A DNA stretch of 63,903 nucleotides, counting the filler, from Platydemus manokwari (Eukaryota): assembly GCA_037951405.1 (NCBI GenBank). It is 6 parts of 6 records of this genome, joined end to end, with 100 filler letters (N's around TTAATTAATTAA, not from the genome) between each part and the next. Parts side by side here need not be neighbours in the genome. Positions count along the whole stretch, not along the records: positions 55,094 to 63,903 come from JBBMOY011346538.1; 5 more parts are not named here. One strand, written 5' to 3'. Below, in pieces: positions 55,963 through 63,903 of this stretch; the first letter of the stretch is position 1, and each line of letters starts with the position of its first letter. The notes under the pieces were generated by a model. The model was given only the letters and a program-made list of their open reading frames with translations, had not been told where the DNA came from and did not search any database. The translations under genes and the position numbers were made by a program.

Positions 55963-58900
55963 CTAGAATAGGTGATAAGTTACGTAGATGAAAATGAATA
56001 AAATTATTTACACAAATGACGGAAAATAAAATTTCTTGATAACTTTAAAATCTTTATATATTTTAAATCAACTTTCGCCAATAAACTTTTTAATGACACT
56101 AGTGAAATATCCAATCCATAATTTTCAAATGTGCTAAATATTTAGGTTTAAAGTGTTCCACACAGCATCGAGTCAGAGTCTCTGGAGTATTTCATTACTG
56201 TTTAAACTTTGATTTGAGATAGTCTATAGCGAATTTACTTTGGACCTATAATTTATAGTAACGATAATTATTTTGTTACTTGTGTATGTTGGAAATTGTT
56301 ATAAACGCTTGTTATTCTTATTGTATATATTAATTAAAAAATTTTAAATCAAAGAATTTTTATTTGTGTTCGTATATAGGATATAAGGGATATCTATTAT
56401 ATCTATTATTGACTGAGACTGATCAAAAACAATTTATATTTAACAATTTTTAAATATAATTACATTAAAAATTGGTATGCTGAAACGATCATGTTGATAA
56501 TTACCTAACCCCAACAATTATGTCATTTATACAATTTATTTCATCCTTATAATTTATAAATTATTTTAATAAAGACTGTTATTTACGTCTAAGGACTATT
56601 TCAACTAAAAATTTGACCTTCTAATTTACGATTATAATAAATTTTTCAAAATCTCATACTTTATTCTCGCAAAGTTATTATAAAGCTAATTTTATTACAA
56701 AGTAAAGTAGATCAATTCTATTTAATTTCTGTCTTCTCATTGAATAAACAAATTGTTTGTTTTCTTTGAATTTTTTAAAAAAATCTTAGTTCTACTAAAA
56801 ATGGAAAATATTAGTTTACATCGTGTTGCAAGGTACAGATTATTAAATTTTCCATATTCAATTCTTTATTATTAGATTGGCGGCAATATTAACTTTGAAT
56901 CTGTAACGGTGATTTTAAACTAATAAAGTGTTCAATGATATTTGCATAATCAGAAAAATCATAGTGTTGCTATTAAATTACTTTCCACTGTTAACATTGT
57001 CTTGTATTATACATTATAATTAAATTATACATTATATAAAAGCCATCCGTATTGTATTCGATTCTATATATTGTATAAAATTTTATGGGTTTGCTATTTT
57101 TCAAAATTTTAAACTACTGACTTAACGTTCCCAGTTTCATCTGTCAATTCAAAAATTAGGAAATAAAATACAATTTATTGATGAATGTTATTTAATAAGT
57201 GGGTATCAAAATTTACAGAACGTGATTGAATGAATATGATATGACAACCTAAATTTTGAATTTAAATCAAAACTTTAAAACTTGCAATCACATATTTAAT
57301 AAAAAATTCACAGTAACTATGGCAGTTTTGGTTGAGCTCTATAATCGCTAACTCGAAAATTTTATGAATATCAACGAAGAAAAAAAAATGAAAAATAAAA
57401 TAATCAACCACAGCTTTATTAAAGAAGATCAATTATGGATATAATAAGAAAATTCCATATTCGAGAAATAAAATATTTGATAATTTTTAAATAATGGTTT
57501 AATCAGTGCTGAATTCTAGTCTGAGGTAAGAAGCAATTGTGAATATTATCCTATCAAAATTTCAATGAGGATTTCAAAATTGAAGAACATCTCAATAGTA
57601 AAATTTTAGAAATAAATTTCGGAAATCATATCTGCATTTAAAATATTTTAGAACCGGAAACAAATTAGCAGCATGACAGATAATCCATGCATTTTGATAA
57701 AGATCAACTTTTCGAAATAAGATTCTTTGAGAACGTCACCATCAAAATATGAATCATTATTATTGAAAAATGTCAAAAATATATGGGCATGAATTTTGAA
57801 GATGAAGCTAACAGTGACAGAGTAAAAGTCTAGGTTAAAAAGACCGATGATCATTGAGGTATTTTACTAGAATATGAATGTGAAGATGAATATGAAATGT
57901 GAGGAGAGTATGTTTTTCTTATTTTGGGAATTTTAAAATTAATTGATTATTGATATTCTATTGCTTTACCTGTAGCAGAAAATGATATGTTTTAATGAAT
58001 TCTCAGTAAGTACGTAGAATTTATTGAATCTAGGAAAAGTAAAATTGAAATAAATAAAATGTTGAAAAAGATCTAAAAAACAAAGTATTTATCAAGGCAC
58101 TTTTTCTGGTCTTAAAATTTTCCTAGTTTTAAAATTCATTTCCAGAATAACTTTCAATACATACTTCGATTTGGCTTTTTTCTCGTCAATCAAGTCAAAA
58201 CGATATCCAATAAGGTTTTCTGAGTTAACTGAGAAATTAAATACCAGAAAATGCTAAATCAAGCTCAAGACAGTATTTGTGAAAATATTTGAATTGAATT
58301 TTTGATAAGGTCTAAGATTTATCTGCTAATAGTTGTGATCGGTTTGTTCAAATAACTTTAGCAAACGAGGAATAAATCCCAAGTAATATTCTTTGGTAAC
58401 AGCTTTACACAATACAGTGATAATCAAGTTAAGCAATTAACATGACCTTGAATTTTGACAGCCATTGAAGTGATTTTTAGATTGCTCTTCATCTTTGTAC
58501 GATATTCGTCAACTGATTCCGAATCTTAAACATAGGTTTAAGTCTAATCGCTAATAATTGTTAATTTAGTCTTTAAAAACCATTGTAATAATCGAAAAAA
58601 AAGATTTTGCTTTAATAATGACGAGTGTAAATTTTTAATATCGATGTCATGGATAGTATTACCAATTTAAAAAAAAATATTTGTTCAAATCAATAAACAA
58701 GCGAATTTTAAATATATAAATATGTAATATTTGATCACAGGATGCACAATCGATTGACAAAATATTTATATTGCTCTGGTATATTTATAGATCTTGGAAG
58801 GACATCGAATCAGAGAATGAAAGGTTAACAATGATCATATTCACAACTAGAAATCTCATCAATTACTTTCAAACTTAAAGCCATACGAAATCCTTCGAAT

Positions 58901-59632
58901 ATGAATTTAATTTCAATTCTAAGACTAAACAATTATAGACTTTAAAAAATATTCAATTATAATATAATTACTGGAAATAATTACTGATACCATTTCTCTA
59001 AACATTGATTTTTTGTTTCAATATTCCTCCATCATCCTCTTGAATTAACTAATATGTAATTAAGTGATAAAAACTAGATTTACATGAAGTAACTGAGCTT
59101 ATAAATAACTAAATTGTCGACAAGATTCAGAATAAACATTAATAATGAAATTCAATTATAATATCAAATAATCGTCAAACAAATTACAAATCAAATAAAA
59201 CAGAATAAAACCAATTAGACGCATAAATGATATGCGATAGTTTATAATTTTTTATGATAGTGTCTTTTGTAATAATTCTGTTTGTATATTTTATAATAGC
59301 GGACTTTTATTGCATTGGATAATAAATTATAATCAAATTTTCTTTGAAAACACATTTTCATTTGTAAATCAAAAATATAATTTGCATATGGCCACTATGT
59401 GGCCATCATTCATTTTATAATTAAGTCAATATTTTGGTGTAAACTCAGACAAATTTGCAGTCAACAGATTTTTCTCTGAAAGTTAAAATGAAATAATATC
59501 ACCTAATTTCAAGATCCTTAAAATCAAGCATTGACCAGTGTAAACTGATTCATTATTTACAATTTGTAAGGTTTAAAATATCGTATTTAGAAATTATAGG
59601 AAAATAATTTTCAAATACTCTTGAGGTAATTA

Positions 59633-60002
59633 CCGTTTTTTCGGAACTATAAGGGGCACTGGATTATAGGACGAATCCTAATAAATGAACTTTGTGTAAA
59701 ATATTTTCATGAATAATGTGCATTGGTCTACAAGGTATACGCTAACAGTGAGCTGATTGCATCATATGAAATTTGTTTCATAGACTAAAAATTTATAAAT
59801 TTAAAATATGTAAACAAAAATTTATTAAGCGGACTTAATATAAAGTATTTTCTTTAATTAAATTCTTTTTTCTTTACTTTTGTAAAATATTTCCATCACT
59901 TATTAATCAAAGATTTATAATTTTTACGAAAAATAATTCAATACATAAGACGCACCTCCTAAAATCTAACTAAAAATCTGTTTTATAGTCCGCAAAATAC
60001 GG
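59633..60002. mobile_element. Tc2/pogo-like MITE, 370 bp, TA TSD
   Basis: TA|CCGTTTTTTCGGAACTATAA ... TTATAGTCCGCAAAATACGG|TA imperfect TIRs; internal tataag..gcac-like subterminal motifs. Confidence 0.8.
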
Positions 60003-62156
60003 TATTTAAAATAATGATGGTTGAATTAGATATAAATAAAAAATAATTTATTCAACTTTATTATAGTCTTGAACAAAATTTTGTTTTATGGTATGTTAAA
60101 TGTGGCGATGTTGTAACTTTTATAGATTAAAAATAATATTTATAATTAATAAAATCGTAATAATAATTTCAGGTAATTCATATGTAAAAGTTTTTATCAA
60201 ATTTTTATTTTTCGAGAGATATCAATTTCTAAATGCTACCATTTAAAAATTATAAATTTAAATTATTAGTTATTTTTAATTCATACTTTATGTGTGCATT
60301 CAGAAAATTTGTCTACCATTATTATTTTATGATTAATAAATCACGAACAATTTCAACGGGAATAGTAGTCTAAGAATCCACTTTGGAACTCTATGACCAA
60401 ATGACAATGCAGTAACAGGACATGACATTGTTCATTTCCTGTGTGGATGTCAAATAAGTTTTGGGTTTCAGATACGTCCATTGATGAAAAAAAGTAAAAT
60501 AGTAAAAAGCACAGATTAAAAGGTAACTTCAATGTCATTGGATATTAATTATGGCGTGTTTATAGTTGTAATCCACTCACAGTTGTAGGACAACTTCACT
60601 TGATTCTTTGTGTTGAAACTTATTTGATTAACTTGAAATATTGGGATACATTTTTGCATAGATTTCAAGCTAATAGCTATTCATTTTAATTATGTTTTGA
60701 AATTTTCTTTATATTCAATTTTTGTTCCAAAATATATTGTCGAATTGTCAATGATCGTGTAGTACAACCAGAAATTTGTTAATATCTTTTAATAAATATT
60801 ATAATTCAAATGTAGGAAATTTAACATATGAAATCTGGAAATATTAAAAATGGGAAATAAATTTGCTAATTTTTTCACTTGAATGAAAGGATGATAAAAA
60901 TTATTTTTTGTAGAATTGTCAATTAAATTCGATATTTGAAATATTTTAATTTTTATTCTGGGATTTTACAACAAGGAGATTGATCTCTAATTGAAGTTAA
61001 AATTGATATTTTGCGATTTACAAAACACGAGATCCAAAAATTTTCTTTGAAATTTCAATTGAATTTTTTCCCGAAAACGTTTTTATTTTTATTATAATAG
61101 ATTTTTGAAATTTATAATTTGATAAAGAATACTGTTTTTTATAAAATTAAATTTTCGTGCTTATTTCAAAATATAATTTAATCCTTAATATTTTCTCTAT
61201 CAATTTATTTGTTTTAATTTATTGTTCAATTTTTCAGAGTCATTTTAAATTAGAAACGTGAAAACCAGAATAATCACGTCTTTATTATCTTTTCTTCAAC
61301 ACGTTTAAATTTAATTTCAAAAAACCAAATAATGATGATCATGAAATTTAGGCTGATATTTAGACAATTCAAAAATTAATGTGGTCAATCAATTTGGAAT
61401 ATTTATTCCTTGTAAAGTTATAGTTTCTAGTGTTGTTTAAATAGGTATGATTATTTATTTGTTATGTTATTTACAGTATGACATTATTATTAAATATAAA
61501 AGAAAACTAAATTACTTCTGATTATATATATTCGTGTGTGTGTGTAAAGCACACAAATATTGATTCATTAACATTGATAGATGGGATTACATTAAAATAT
61601 GAGATATACATGGTTCTTTCCCTAGATCGGTTCAATCATACCATCAATTCATTCTGTCTTCACCAAACAGGGATATCCTCTTCGCCTGTTTTTAAAGCTG
61701 TCTTTGTTGTTGTCCTTATCCAATGTGGAACTTCTATTGCAGATAGCTCACACTTATATTCGACTTTATACAAGCAAAAGTTATTTTACTTATATTTATT
61801 TCTTATTCATGTCTAATTTCTTTGGAACCGTGTCGTTTGTCTGTGTGTTGCCAAATTCTGAGAACCTCTACAACAGTTCCACACTCTAATCGGTCACCTT
61901 TTTAAAAATCACATTTTGGATGTCTAAGTATTTTCCCATGTTCTTTTGAGATATTTCGTCCATTAAAGCAGATTCATCAACGGGCAACTTTCGAAATTAA
62001 TTTCTATGAAAATTCTTAGAAAAAATAAGATCACGTTTTAGAATTAACATTAACGCAAATTTTGAGAATAAGTAAACGGATTTCGCTCCATTGAGTTGTA
62101 AATTCTTGTCATATTGGTTTGGAATTCACTTTCATTGATAAAGTCAATTTGTTTTA

Positions 62157-63189
62157 TTTATTTGGTGCATAAATTCGTGCGGTTTCTTACAATTATGAAA
62201 AATGCATGCCGATCAAGAATCAAAACCACACAAAATATTTCAGATTACAAAATGAATTTATGAAATCATTAGAAAAAAGAAATTTCTGAGTCTCAATCGA
62301 TGAGATATTTTCCTTCATGATCGATCATTTCTTTCCACCGTTCTGTTAGTTTGTCAATCCCACGTTTGAAAAAGCTTGGTGATTTTTAATCGAAAAATTC
62401 TTCAATCCACGTTGTTATTGCTTCTTCGTTTTCAAATGTGAGACAAGAAAGAAGGTACGACATGGAGCGGAAAAGATGAAAACCAGTTAGAGCTAAGTCG
62501 GGCAAATATGGAGAATGGGAAATAGCCAATTTTGTCATTGTGGCGATATTGAGTTGTTCTCAATTGATTGTTTGGTTTTTTGGCAAGACTTCGTAATGAA
62601 AGGTACCATTTTTCATCGACTGTTACCATCCTGAAAAGGAAAGATTGATGTTGCTGCACAGCAGATTGATGGCGTACAATTAAAGATACATAAATCGAAA
62701 AACGTAAATTTTTGTTACTGTCTTTGAGAAGTTGAGATACCGATGATTCAAGCTTTTGAACTTTTCACTATTTCTTGAAATACTGAGAAAAAGTGGTGTA
62801 ATCACAATCCATGACTTGTCCAAGCGCTCTTGTCGATTGAAGCCTATCATCATGAATCAATTGGTTCAAGCAGTCTTCATCAAAGTCACTAGGTCAGCCT
62901 GATCGAGGTACATTGCTTAAATCAAAATTTCCACCGTTAAATTTCGAAAAATAATTTTGAGCTTTTAGTTCACTGAGTGCCTTTTTTCCATAAACGCAAC
63001 AAATCATTCTGGTGGCATGATGTTGATTAGAATAGAAGAGGAATATGAGGATAATGAAATTTAAAGTTAATCTAAATGATTTAAATAGACAATTCAGTTT
63101 AATGAATATAATTCAAATAAGTTAAAACAAGAAGTTGCTTTATTTTCTTTGCAACAAATAAAATCGCACGAATTTGTGTACCAACCCAA
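62157..63189 (-). mobile_element. Defective mariner element with both TIRs (about 1033 bp, internally deleted)
   Basis: 30-bp TIRs TTGGGTTGGTACACAAATTCGTGCGATTTT and TTTATTTGGTGCATAAATTCGTGCGGTTTC (23/30), both flanked by TA. Transposase fragments ICCVYGKKALS...FSKFNGGNFDLSNVPRSG*P, RMVTVDEKW, HSPYLPDLALTGFHLFRSM. Confidence 0.9.
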
Positions 63190-63903
63190 TATTATTATTA
63201 ATATTATTATTTCTTTCGCATTATTTATTTATTAATAATCATTTTCTTGCTTTTCCTTTTTACAAAGACCTCAAATAAAGATAAGAATAGGTAAGATTTG
63301 CACAATTTTGATACACAAAATGTTCAAAATAACTGACCTGATGCTGAATAAACCGATAAAATAAAACACGGGAATGATTGTAGAAGACAAACTTATTTTG
63401 GTAATAGAGGCGAATTATTGTAGCTAATGTTCAGTGTTAATTTTGATCTCCGTTTATATTTCCGGTATTGAATTTTAGATGCAGTTGGACAACGATCGAT
63501 TTTTAAAACGATTGCTATGGGATTTTGAAGATTCGAAAGAATCATGGTTATGTGTTTGGAATTTGAAGATTGACAATTTCTATTGATTGTCATTTTCATA
63601 TAAATTTAATAATAAAATCTTATTTAAAAAATTCTTTTTAGAATTACTTTAATTTGAACCGGAAATACAAGACAGGCAAATTTGTTTATATAATATTCAA
63701 TATTTTTTGTTGTTTTTTCAAAACTTGAATTATTTTCTTTTTGGAAAAAGTTATTTTTCTTACTTATTAAGATGTTACCATGACATTTAAATTGTTTATA
63801 GATTAGTATTTGATTGATTAAAATAAAAATTTATAAAATAAAAAATCAAGAAAATTTATAAAATATCAGCGATTTCAAGTATACATTTTTATCAATAATT
63901 TCC

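Overview
Very AT-rich eukaryotic (animal) genomic DNA with GT-AG introns, many of them 41-55 nt. A flatworm such as a triclad planarian is a plausible source, but this is inference. The window is not continuous: five identical 100-bp spacers (N44-TTAATTAATTAA-N44) join six pieces, so adjacency across them is unreliable. Piece 1 (1-9017) holds a complete 4-exon VCP/p97/CDC48 gene (minus strand, 813 aa). Piece 2 (9118-17910) holds the last two exons of a TRPC-type channel, a decayed Ty3/gypsy remnant and an internally deleted Buster-type hAT transposon. Piece 3 (18011-29927) holds the 3' part of an abLIM/unc-115-like gene ending in a villin headpiece, a Buster MITE and a mariner fragment. Piece 4 (30028-44007) holds a complete secreted F-type lectin + PAN/apple gene preceded by the last exon of a paralog. 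It also holds a 2.7-kb Ty3/gypsy element with 98-bp AGT...ACT LTRs, a 5-bp TSD and no protease or RT core, plus a convergent sister copy that retains RT. Piece 5 (44108-54993) has no recognisable gene. Piece 6 (55094-63903) holds an orphan exon, a CCGTA-type Tc2/pogo-like MITE and a TIR-bounded mariner. I see no clearly new biological system; the best candidates for follow-up are the tandem F-lectin-PAN genes and the compact short-LTR retroelement.
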